This document shows positions 38,951 through 50,089 of a stretch of 64,000 nucleotides of DNA, in pieces (within the stretch, counting starts at the first letter, position 1; each line of letters begins with the position of its first letter). The stretch is from Vicugna vicugna (Eukaryota), in assembly GCA_013265495.1 (NCBI GenBank), contig MU061560.1, positions 930,001 to 994,000 of the forward strand, written 5' to 3'. The notes below the pieces were generated by a model, which saw only the letters and a list, made by a program, of their open reading frames with translations, made no database searches and was not told where the DNA came from. The translations under genes were made by a program, and so were the position numbers.

Positions 38951-41049
38951 CTCTTATCTGCTAATTGAAGAGAGCTAACAGGTCTCAGTTCTAGGACTGT
39001 TTGGAGCAGAATCTGAGGTGATGTACATTCAGCTCTCCCCAGGCCACCTGAGCTGTGGGAGAGGCTTACCAAGTGTTAGCTACAATAATTGTGCTGCCTG
39101 TTCTTTTGCTTAAATAAGTAACAGAACATGCAAAGTAAGCTATTTATTTTCTCTTATTCTCCAACCCTCATCATACAAGCTATGAGAATACTATTGATAA
39201 TTATAATGAAAGATTATAGTTTACACACAGGACCACTTTTTGAAATAGGAAGAAGAGTACTTATCTCCTAAGCCTATTGTAAAGAATAAATAAGGTTATT
39301 CAGGTAAAGCTAATAGAACAGGATTTAGTTTTGCATATATACCACCTTAATATTAACTTAAAAGGGCATTTTTATGTATGTAATCTCATTTGACCATGAC
39401 AGTGGTTCTTCAAGGTGAGACTTTCAGTAGATAATAAGCCATCTTCGACCTTTTCCAAAGCATGTACAAATAGACATTCCACTTGAAGTGTTTTTGGCAT
39501 GGGCATGTCAGTGTGATTTTCAGGGACTGAACAGCCCTTCTGCCCAAACATAACCCTTACCCACTTATCTGTCAAGTCTGAAAGTCAATAACTGCAGATT
39601 CTTTCTAATTTAAACAGCATCAATCATTTATACTTGAGTGTAGATGAATTCATTAAGACACTTCCTGGAAGTTTTGACAGGAGATGTAGGGGGCTGGATA
39701 AAGCTTAATCATCGTGGGTGCTGGAAGAGGGAGACAAGGACACTAAAAAGTGTAAAAGACCTAAATCGGGGAAGCTAAAAATGCTAGCTGACACATGTCA
39801 CCTACTTAGGACGTTTGCCTTTGGCTCACCCCTAATGTCATCTCCTTCCTGATAGACAGATACCCTAACTGTATTGGCAGCTCCTTCAAGGATGTTTGTA
39901 CTTTCTGATGGCAGAGAAGATCATTTCATTTTTATCTCAGACACTTTGGGTGAAATATGTGTCCTGCTATTGACATCAGTTAGTAATTCTAAATAAATCA
40001 GGACCTCAAATGTACTTAATTAATTCCTGGTAAAATGTCATTTGATAAAAAACAATTCCAAATCTTAAGTAAAGTGAGGGTGACAATTATGCCTGACGTA
40101 CTTTGGATGGATCAATTAAAATCCTTGTCCTTTCAACTTTGAGAATTGCATGATAAAGAAAGAAAACTTGCAATACCATTTTCCTGTATCCTGGCTCAAG
40201 AGTTCCATATTTTTCACTGGACACTTCTGTAGTGCTTTGCTTGAGCACAGCGTGTGTTCAATAAACAGCTGTAACCTACAGTCTACGTAGAAGAGCAAAT
40301 TACAGCAATTTGATCTTGTCCTATTTTAGCTGCTGTAAAAGAATTACAAAAACCAGACATATAGTTTCCTTGCCCTGCATTTACTAGGCCCTCAGACGAG
40401 GACTCTCACTTTTAAATTTTGATGAGAGAAGGATCGATCAGTAGAGATAAAGGTGAGAGAAAAGAGCAAGGAAAGAAAAACCAAAGATGTCTTGATAACA
40501 GGAAAAAAATGTTACGTGTTCCCAATATTGGGAAGTGATCAGAGATTTGAGAAATTTTCATCTCAAAACTAATTTGCAGGCTGCTGCATGGGAGAGGCAC
40601 AGTTTGGCTTAGCTGTCTGAGGCTGGCATCAGTAGCAAAGACCACTGGGCGTTGCAGGAGCATCAGATGCAGTAAAAGCAGAAGGTAAGACTCAAGATCA
40701 GCATTAGTAGCAGAAAGAGCAATCATCTTGGCACCAGGATTTCAGAAGACAATACTCTTACATAGCAATATGCTCCGTCTCATGTTCTTCAGTCTCCCAG
40801 TTCATTAAGTAAGTTATTCTTCTACATTAAAATAAATCAGTAATATTCAAAATCTACTCTGCAGTTTGAAAATTATGGTCCGAGAAATAAGAGTATGATA
40901 CAACCACCATGACACATCTAAAACCGTCCAGTTATGTAATCACTTCCATCAGGATTAAAAAAAATATTTTGGAAGATTATTTCACCATCTGAGCTCACAG
41001 AAGCAAGGCTGGTGGAGCAAACTCTGAAGAGGGAGTCGCACAACATAAA

Positions 41050-41480
41050 TTTGGTGCTGGGGGTGGGCCTTGGGAGAGTGTTAGAATTTTTAGAGGGTCT
41101 TGCTGGAAGGTTAATCTCAGTTTAAGGTTTAAAGGGATTTTAAGCTCAGTTCAGTCTAAACAAATATGAGTGTGATGGGTTTGAGGAAACGCAAATAGCT
41201 TAGAATGGCTGACGGAAAGGATGGCAGCCTGTTAGGCTGTTGGAGTAAATTATATCAGAGAAGCTGTAGTGCCGGTGCTGGTAGCAAAGACAGATTTGAG
41301 AGTCATTTAGGAAGTTACCTTGAATGAAATTTTATCCTTACTCTCATGCATGTTAAAGAGAGAGGTAGTAATTTTAGATGCCTGTGGCTTTCCAGCTTGG
41401 GGAATTGGATGAACGGTGGTGTCTTTTAGCAATTCAGGGAACGCAGGACGAGGAACATTTTTGAGGCAGGGTGTTTCGTC
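41050..41480. mobile_element. L2 fragment
   Basis: agatttgagagtcatttagg...agcttggggaattggatgaacggtggtgtc. Confidence 0.5.
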
Positions 41481-43255
41481 CACTGCTCTTTGAGACATTT
41501 TTTTTCAAAAGCTTACCCTGAGCCTCTAGATAATATGAACTGAATTTTCCACCTAAGTGTTGCTTTAGGTGAAATAAACTGTTATAAACTCACAACCACC
41601 AAAGCAATAGGTGTGTCAAGCTTTTACAGATCGGTTGTGATGTAGCAGAAATAGAATATATAGCAAATTGCATGTCGTATGATGCTCGAAGACTCCTTTG
41701 CCTGTGCTGTTACTGCCCAGCTGTCCTTAGCCTGCCTGTGACCTTAGCCTGAGCAAGGTATCAGAAAGAGGCGAAACACTCTGGTGTCTGGGAATCCTAG
41801 TAATTCTACCTGTGATGTATATGAATTAATTCCTGCCACATGTCATGCACGGATCTGAGCACATGAAAGGGCCTGTTCAATTTCTAGTGAACGAACAAGG
41901 GGATTGTGAAGTCGGTTTTGGCTTGGGTGTCAGACAGCCTGAAAAGTCTGGTATTGTGACCCTCAATAAGGTCACAAGTGGAAATGAGTCATACGGGGGT
42001 AGACAGCTTTACATACACGAGGCCTGTACCTTTATCTTCATCAATGATCCTATTGTAACCTGTTTCTGGGAGCCAGGTTGATTTCTCAGATTACAGGGGC
42101 TTAATTTTTAGTGAAAGCATTGCAGACATGCTGGGTTAGGGAGAGACTCAGAGGGCAATTGTGAATATAGGAACATGTTTTGCAAAAATGGAGTTCAAGA
42201 TTTTTTTTTTGGACTGGATATTTATGGAGACTTTTCTGTACATCAGATGAACCTTATATTGACTGCTTTGGAGATCTTGAACTCATTCTTTCTCCTCATT
42301 TAAAATAATAGACTGTCATCTACCCAGTACCGTGTTATAAAGAGATGACCTTTGAAAGCCCACTGAAGTTTTACCATTTTAAGTTGAGATACACTTAAAT
42401 TAGAAGTACTAATTTTTGGATTTGTAACAGGACTTATGGATGTTTGTACTGGATAGGCAATAAAGAAGTCCTCATGTATTAACCAAAGTGTATTATAAGT
42501 TTAATTACGCAGAAGATTAAAACTTTTCCAACTCTTAATTACCTCGAAATGTTTGTAGAGTTTAGGTATTACTTATTAACTTCTTATATAAGCAAGTACT
42601 ATATGTTGTGCTATATATAATCAGGCAAAAAAAAGAGACATATTCCAATCTTCTAAAACTCTGCTGGCTAATGTGAAGTAAAAAAGATAAAACAAAAATA
42701 TAGATATATGTATTCTAGACTAAAGAAAATGGGAAGAGATGTTAGATGCACCAAAATAACTAATCAAATTATTATGTGTTGACCATTTAATGCCAAATAT
42801 GATTCTTTATTCTCACATCCAGCCAGGGAAATGGCATAGCAAACATTTAGATTAAGTTATCTTCAACTTCTAAATTAAATTTTAGCTAACAATTGGCAAC
42901 AAATTTTCAAAAAAAGAAACAAGTTCACACTGTTTGAGAGTCCCCATAGAGGCTGAACTCCACTGCTCCTGGAGGCCTCTAATGTTCAATTATATCCTGG
43001 CAGCTTGGCAGGCAATATGAATATCATTATCTGCTTTTTTAGGTCAGGCCTATCAATGGGAGATTTTAAGTGCAGTTTATACACATAAAAACTTATGATA
43101 ATTTCTTTAGTTCCTTTAGAGGCTGTTCAATGAGAGACTTTACTTTTAATTTCTTTTCATTTGCCTATGTTTCTCATACTTGTTTATGATCAATAGATGA
43201 AAGGCCAAAAAATCTGTTTAACTATACTTTTTTAAAAAGAGCATGGACATTATTA

Positions 43256-44244
43256 TTTTTTAATTGAAGTATAGTCGATTTACAATGTAGTGTTAGTTTC
43301 TGGTGTAGAGCATACTGATTCATTTACATATATATGTATATACATATATATATATATACATATATATATTCCTTTTCATATTCTTTTCATCATAGGCCAT
43401 TACAAGGTATTAAATATAGTTCCCTGGGCTATACAGTAAGATCTTGCTGTTTATCTGTTTTATATATATAGTAGTTAGTAATTACAAATCCTGAACTCCC
43501 AGTTTATCCTTCCTGACCCTCTTTCCCTTCTGGTAACCATAAATTTATTTTCTATGTCTGTGCATCTGTCTCTGTTTTGAAAATAAGTTCATTTGTGTCC
43601 TTTTTTCTGTGACTGAGTAGTATGCCACTGTGCGTGCCTGTGTGTGTGTGTGTGTGTATACCACAACCTCTTTTTTTTAATTGAATTGTCAGTTTATAAT
43701 GTTGTGTCATTATTTCTGATGTACAGCATGTTTCAGTCATACATATACATACATGTATTTGTGTTCATATTATTGTTCATTATATGTTACTACAACTGTA
43801 TTCCCTGTGTTATACAGAAGAAACTTGTTTATCTATCTTATATGTAGTAGTTAGTATCTGCAAATATCAAACTCCCAATTTATCCCTTCTTACTCCCTTT
43901 CCCCTCTGTTAACCATATGTTTGTTTTCTATGTTTGGTCATTCTCTTTCTGTTTTGTAGAGAAGTTTATTGGTGCTTTTTGTTTGTTTGTTTGCTTTTTT
44001 TTTTTGTTGGTTTGTTTGTTTGTTTAGATTCCACATATGAATGATATTATATGGCATTTTTCTTTCTCTTTCTGGCCTACTTCACTTAGAATGATGATCT
44101 CCATGTCCATCCATATTATTGCAAATGGCATTATTTTATTCTTTTTTATGACCGAGTACTATTCCACTGTATAAATATACCACTTCTTCTTTATCCAGTC
44201 ATCTGTCAATGGACACTTAGGTTGTTTCCATGTCTTGGCTATTG
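43256..44244 (-). mobile_element. Tandem double L1 3' end (43672-44244 plus 43256-43671)
   Basis: Two polyT-headed antisense L1 3'UTRs. The junction has the same design as 1757-1864. Confidence 0.9.
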
Positions 44245-44433
44245 GAGTGTGTATCTACTTTTACTTTAAACTAAATACCCCCACACCTCTTGAGCTCTCT
44301 TCCTCTCACCTTTCTGAGATTGCCCACATTCTGTCTATGGAGTGTGTCTCTCTCTAAACTTCCTTTCACTTTACAATGCCTCATTCTTGAATTCTTTCTT
44401 GTGGGGAACAAGAACTTAATCTCTGGCAAAACA
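44243..44433 (+). mobile_element. 3' half of a MER41-related LTR
   Basis: tggagtgtgtatctacttttactttaaact...ccccacacctcttg aligns to 9597-9750. Confidence 0.8.
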
Positions 44434-44944
44434 CACACTCCCAGACACAGCCTGCAGCACACTCCAGCCCCCTGAGGCCACCTCTGCGCTCTCAGCCCCA
44501 GCCCTCTCCCCAGGTTCCAGCAGCCAGTCCAAGCCCACCCCCATCAGGCGATGTCTAGGGCTGGGGATCCCAGGGGTCCTTTGTGCTGGTTTCCCTCAGT
44601 TCTGTCAGCCATGCCCTGCTGTGCACTTCTCTGAGCATCAGGGGTCCCCCCTCCTTCCCTGCTGACCTCTCCCCTGGAGAGGGGGCATCCCAGTGTAAGA
44701 GTGCTTTTCCTCCTTTGCTGCTCTGTCCCCATAGGACTGGTCCAATGCTGATTTCCTTTTTCTTTCTTTCTTTCTTTTTTTTTTTCTTACCAAATTTTGT
44801 AAGGAATCTTCCTAGATTTCGAAGTAAGAGACGTTCTGTCAAAGTTCAGCAGATATTCTGAGTGAATGGATGAGCTGTGGATGTATCTCTTGGTGGGAGG
44901 GGGCAAACTATGTCCTTCCACTTCATCATCTTGGCAGTCCCTCC
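44434..44944 (-). mobile_element. L1 5'UTR/promoter fragment
   Basis: Minus strand begins ggagggactgccaagatgatg, resembling the L1 5' caagatggc YY1 motif; GC-rich. Confidence 0.7.
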
Positions 44945-45994
44945 TATAGTGTCTTGTCTTATGTTTAACACTTTAAGATATTTTGAGTTTATTTTTGTGT
45001 ATGGTGTGAGGGAGTGTTCTAACTTCATTGAGTTACATGAGGCTGTCCAGCTTTCCCAACACTACTTGCTGAAGAGGCTGTCTTTTCTCCATTGCCTCCT
45101 TTGTTGAAGATTAATTGACCATAGGTGTGTCGGTGTATTTCTGGGTTCTCTGTTCTGATCCATTGATTTATATGTATATTTATGTGCCAGTTCCACACTG
45201 TTTTGGTTTCTGTAGCTCTGTATTATTGTCTGAAGGCTGGGAGGGTTATTCCATCAGCTTTGTTCTTTTTCTTCAGCGTTGCTCTAGCAACGTCTTTTGT
45301 GATTCTATATAAATTTTAGGACTATTTGTTCTATATCTGTGTAAAACATCCTGGGTAATTTGATAAGGATTACATTAAATCTGTGAATTTTTTTAGGTAG
45401 TATGGCCATTTTAACAATATTAATTATTTCATTCCAAGAGTATGGGATATCTTCCCATTTCTTTAAATCATTTTTAATTTCCTTTATCAATATTTTATTG
45501 TTTTCTGTGCATAAGTCTTTCACCTCTTCAGTTAGGTTTATTCCTCAGTATTTTTTTTGATGCAATTTTAAAGGTGATTTTTTTTTAACTTTCCTTTTCT
45601 GATATTTCATTGTTACTGTAAAGAAATGCAGCAGATTTCTGTGTGCTGATCTTGTATTCTGCTACCTTACTGAATTTATCAGCTCTAATAGTTTTTGTGT
45701 GGAGCCTTTAGGGTTTTCTATATATAATATCATGTAATCTGCATATAGTGACAATTTTACATTTTCTCTTCTAATTTGGAATCTTCTTGTTTCTTTTTCT
45801 TGTCTGATTGCTATGGCTAGGACTTCCAATAATACGTTGAATAGAAGTGATGTGTGTAAGCATCCTTGTCTTGTTCTAGATTTTAGCAGGGAGTCTTTCA
45901 ACTTTTCACTGTTGTGTTATGTTGGCTGTGTGTTTGTCACAAATAGCTTTTATTATGTTGATATATGTTCCCTATATACTGACTTCGGTAAGAG
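44945..45994 (-). mobile_element. L1 ORF2 (RT to C-terminal part)
   Basis: Peptides TRQGC...LLFNVLLEVLA...LSLYADYMILY and [15 protein letters not shown]. Confidence 0.95.
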
Positions 45995-46855
45995 AAGAAC
46001 AAACAAAACCTAAAGTTAGCAAAAGTAAAAAATAAGAAAAATCAGGGAAGAAATAAATAAAATAGAGTTTTAAAAATTAGTATAAAAATCAATCAAATCA
46101 AGAGCTGTTCTTTGAAAAAGTGAATAAAGTTGGCAAACTTCTGGCCAGGCTCAACAAGAAGAAAAGAGAGAGGTTACAATTAAACAAAATAAGGAATGAA
46201 AAGAGGAGAAATTACAACCAAAACTACAGAGGTATAAAAAACTATAAGAAAATACTATGAACAACTATATGACAACAAATTTGACAACCTAGAAGAAATG
46301 GACCAGTTTCTAGAAACACACAGACCACCAAAACTGAGTCAAGAAGAAATGGATAATTTGAACAGACTGATCATTAGAAATGAAATAGAATCAGTAATGA
46401 AAACTCTCCCTACAAACAAAAGCCCACACTGGACGTCTTCACTGGGGAATTCTACCAAACATACAAAGAAGAACTCATACCAGTCCTTCTCAAACTACTC
46501 CAAAAGATTGAAGGGGAAAGAACACTCTCAAACTCATTCTATGAAGCCACCACCACCCTGATACCAAAACCAGACAAAGACTCTACCAAAAAAGAAAATC
46601 ATGGGCAAATATCTTTGATAAGTATAGATTCAAAAATTCTCAGCAAAATATTGACGAACAGAATCCAAAACCATAGGAGGAACATCATACGCTACAATCA
46701 AGTTGGATTCATCCCAGGGACACAAGGAGAGTTCAACATACACAAATCAGTCAATGTGATACACCACATCCACAAAAGAAAGGGCAAAAATCACAAGATC
46801 ATCTCAACAGATGCAGAAAAAGCATTTGATAAAATTCAAAGCCCATTTATGATAA
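45993..46855 (+). mobile_element. Inverted L1 ORF2 segment (linker to RT start)
   Basis: Peptides MDQFLET...LNRLI and [10 protein letters not shown]...[18 protein letters not shown]. Confidence 0.95.
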
Positions 46856-48728
46856 TTATATTCTTTGAAGTGGCCAAGTCTGCAGTGAGCCTGGAACTAT
46901 TGGCCAGGCAGAAGCATCCAGGGTTCCTCCATGGCCAGGAGTTTTTGTGAAATCCTTTGGGTCCTCTTTGGCTTGTTGATGCTTTTTGGCCACAGGCAGC
47001 GGTAGAGGATAAAAGAGGAGTGGATCTGAGTGCACCTCCTCTGGGTAAGAATGTTATTTGTTGATGATATTTTTTCCTGGGGAAAGTGATATGACTAAAC
47101 AATTTTCTTATTTTGAGTTTTTAGCCTGCTTTTGGGGGAAAAAGTAAGAGGCTAACATGAATCAACTTTTTTTTTTAACTTTCCTATTGTAAGTATTCAA
47201 CTAATAATATTCAGCTTCCGTAAGTGCCAGCAAGTGGTTTAGGCGCCAAGAACATTGACTTAAATAAGACAAAGCCCCTATCTTTTGTGATTAGTTTCTC
47301 CAGCAAAGCCTCTTTGAGATTGTAGACTAGGTTTTGTTGTTTATTACCTTTTTTCTTCCTTTCTTATTTTGTGAATGTTGTTGCAGTTTGGGTAGAAAAT
47401 GGGCATGTGAACTCACCCCATTTTTCTTCTGTTCTCTTGAGAGACTGCACCTTGAAGAAAACACATTTCATGGTGTATGTTTAAGGGGCGGAGCTCTATG
47501 TGTGAAGGAATGAGCTTGTCCAAAGCTGCCTGTGGTGAATGGTTAATCTGTCTATTTAGTACTAGAAAGACCATTTCTGGTACATGCCTTAATGATGCTT
47601 TATCAAAACTCTGTTAATGATGTTGATACCTGGATCTTCATCTATTTACTTTTTTTTTTTTTGGATCTTCTCAAATAGTTTAAAACTTGGACAGGGTAAA
47701 GGAATACTATTTATGCCCCCTTAAAACACCAAATTCTAGTGACTATGTCAAGAATATCAAGAGAGAGGTAAAACCTGACTTTAGATGAGCAAAATAACTT
47801 TGATTAGGTTATTTTTAGATAGAAGCTGCTCCTTTAAACTGGTTTTCTGAACTTTGCTGTGATTTATATTATTCCATAGGGCTGGATCTTACAATTAAGG
47901 GTCCACTTTTAAATGTTATAACCTAGGCAGGTAGCTTTGGAATTAAGCATTAATCATACTGGATTTTCTCAAGGACAAGACACTACAACTTAAGATGTGT
48001 TTTCCCCGAGCCAGGAACTCTTTTCAGCTTAAAGAGATAGTCCTATACACATAAGACCTTGAGTAAATGGCATTAGTCTCACCTACTCTTTCAATGATGG
48101 TTTAGTGCAAAAAACATAGAGAATCTCTCTGAGAACCTCAAGTATGATGGGATTTATAGTTAAGATTACCCCAGGGTATGTTGGTGCTGGTGCTTTCTTG
48201 ATCTTAAAAGAACTTTTCAATGGACAGATTTTTAAAAATTGCATCATGAATTCTACATGGTTAACAGTGATTCTATAGTAATGCTACTGATTGTATGATG
48301 TGCCCCAAATTCAGAAATGTAAAGGTAAGAAAAATAGGTCTCAGAATTGATGAAATATTTAGGTGCTTTGAAGGTTATTGGGCCTACTAAAAGAACTAAA
48401 CTTCTCAGTTGGGCCTCCTGAAGAGATTTACAGGACCATATAGGGCTGATCCACTGAGAAAGTTACTATATTTGCTGAGAAAGTGATATTACACTTAGAT
48501 TTATATTAAGGCAAGAAGCTATTGTCACAACCGCAGTTGCTTTTTATATTCAGTAAGCTAGAAAATGGATTCTGAAATCCTACCCAAGGAGGCGTCACAT
48601 TTCCAAACCCTTTTTTGCAAGAAACACTGACTAAGAGCCATAGGAAGATGACCTCTGCCTTATGCTCATTTATCCAATCTCACACAAGAATTCATCTAAT
48701 TGGTGGAATCTGATTTGTATCAAGAATC

Positions 48729-49064
48729 AAAGAACACTATGAACTCATCTTTGAAAGGACACTATAAACTCATCTACAAAACAGAAACAGACTCACATAG
48801 TAAACAATCTTATGGTTACTGGGAAAGGAGGTGGGAAGAGATAAATTTGGGAGTTTGAAACTTGCAAATATTAGCCATTATATATAAAAATAGGTTTTAA
48901 AAAGTTTCTTCTGTATAGCACAGAGAACTATATTCAAGACCTCATAATAACTTTTAATGAAAAAGAATATGAAAACAAATAAATGTATGCATTTGCATGA
49001 CCGGGACATTGTGTTGTACACCAGAAATTGACACATTGACTGTACTTCAATCAAAAAAAAAAAA
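48729..49064 (+). mobile_element. 5'-truncated L1 3'UTR within an MLT-like LTR remnant
   Basis: polyA tail; TSD aagaatc (48722-48728 / 49065-49071). Confidence 0.9.
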
Positions 49065-50089
49065 AAGAATCCCAGCTGCATGTGAGTTTGGTGAGTGTAG
49101 ATGGTAGCTTTCAAACTTCTCCAATGAAAAGAAATATAGGATGGGGACTGAGTAGTGAGTCTTCAATATTAAGTACCTTAAAAAAGAGAGAGAGAGCTTT
49201 GAAAGCAAAACAAAACAAAAAAAAAATCGAGTACCTTAAATAAAAGTGGAAGTCTCAGGAGGTGCTGAACAAGTGAGTCTTAATATGCAGATTGTTGCGT
49301 TTTGATCCTAAAAGACTCAGGTGCATGTATCGGGGCCCCAGGAGTGCCTCCGTAGATCCAGGTAAGTGCTACAGCCTTAGTAAGTGGGTTTAACAGGGGA
49401 GGGACAGATTGTAGCGGAACGACTGTCTGATGAGTTGTCTTGTCCATCTCAGGAGATGAAAGCAGACTAGATTTTGTGAGTGATGGTTTCTTTTCAAAGA
49501 TCCAGAAGTTACTGATTTCATCTTTCTCAAGATATCCTAGAAAAACAAATGCCAACTAGAATGAGAACAGACAGTGAAAGGGTGGTATTTCATTCCAGGA
49601 AGTGGTGCTGACTTTTCATGATGTAGGGAAGTAAAGGGGTCAATTTCAGAAGTGGGTTAAATGATTAGAAACTCATTTGAGCCTCATTTGCAACAGAAGA
49701 ACAAAAGGAAATAAAAGATTTGAGGCATCTCATATGTTTACAGAGAAAGATGGAGCAGAATGAAAAGTTCTTCAAAACTGGAAATTTTGGAAAGTACAGA
49801 AAAACTAGTATCTTGGAAGGCACACTGGGGAGGTATTTGTCCTCTGTTGGCCCCAAGAGCACATGCTTCAGATGCCTGCAGAGCAGCTTTAGTTTGGAAA
49901 TCTACTGGGGCTGATTCTCCTGATGAAAGAATTGGGATGAGGGACAAATCTTTCCCAGAAGGCTCAAGCAATTCCAGAGCAAGGAGTAATGGCAAAACCA
50001 CTGTGGCATATTCCCAAGATGTGTTGGGTTTGACAGTGTTGGGTGTTGAAACAGACACCTAAAACAAGACTAGTGGGTGGGATTACCAT

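Noticed and set aside
39660..39672. Palindromic STAT site acttcctggaagt
   Set aside because: A single 9-mer in 64 kb is not significant without conservation or binding data.
40580..40684. Candidate exon (ttgcag|G...AAG|gtaaga)
   Set aside because: Good donor but poor pyrimidine tract and an unrecognisable peptide; expected by chance. RNA-seq would be needed.
46996..47044. Candidate exon (cacag|G...TGG|gtaaga)
   Set aside because: Short, no recognisable product, no supporting neighbouring exons.
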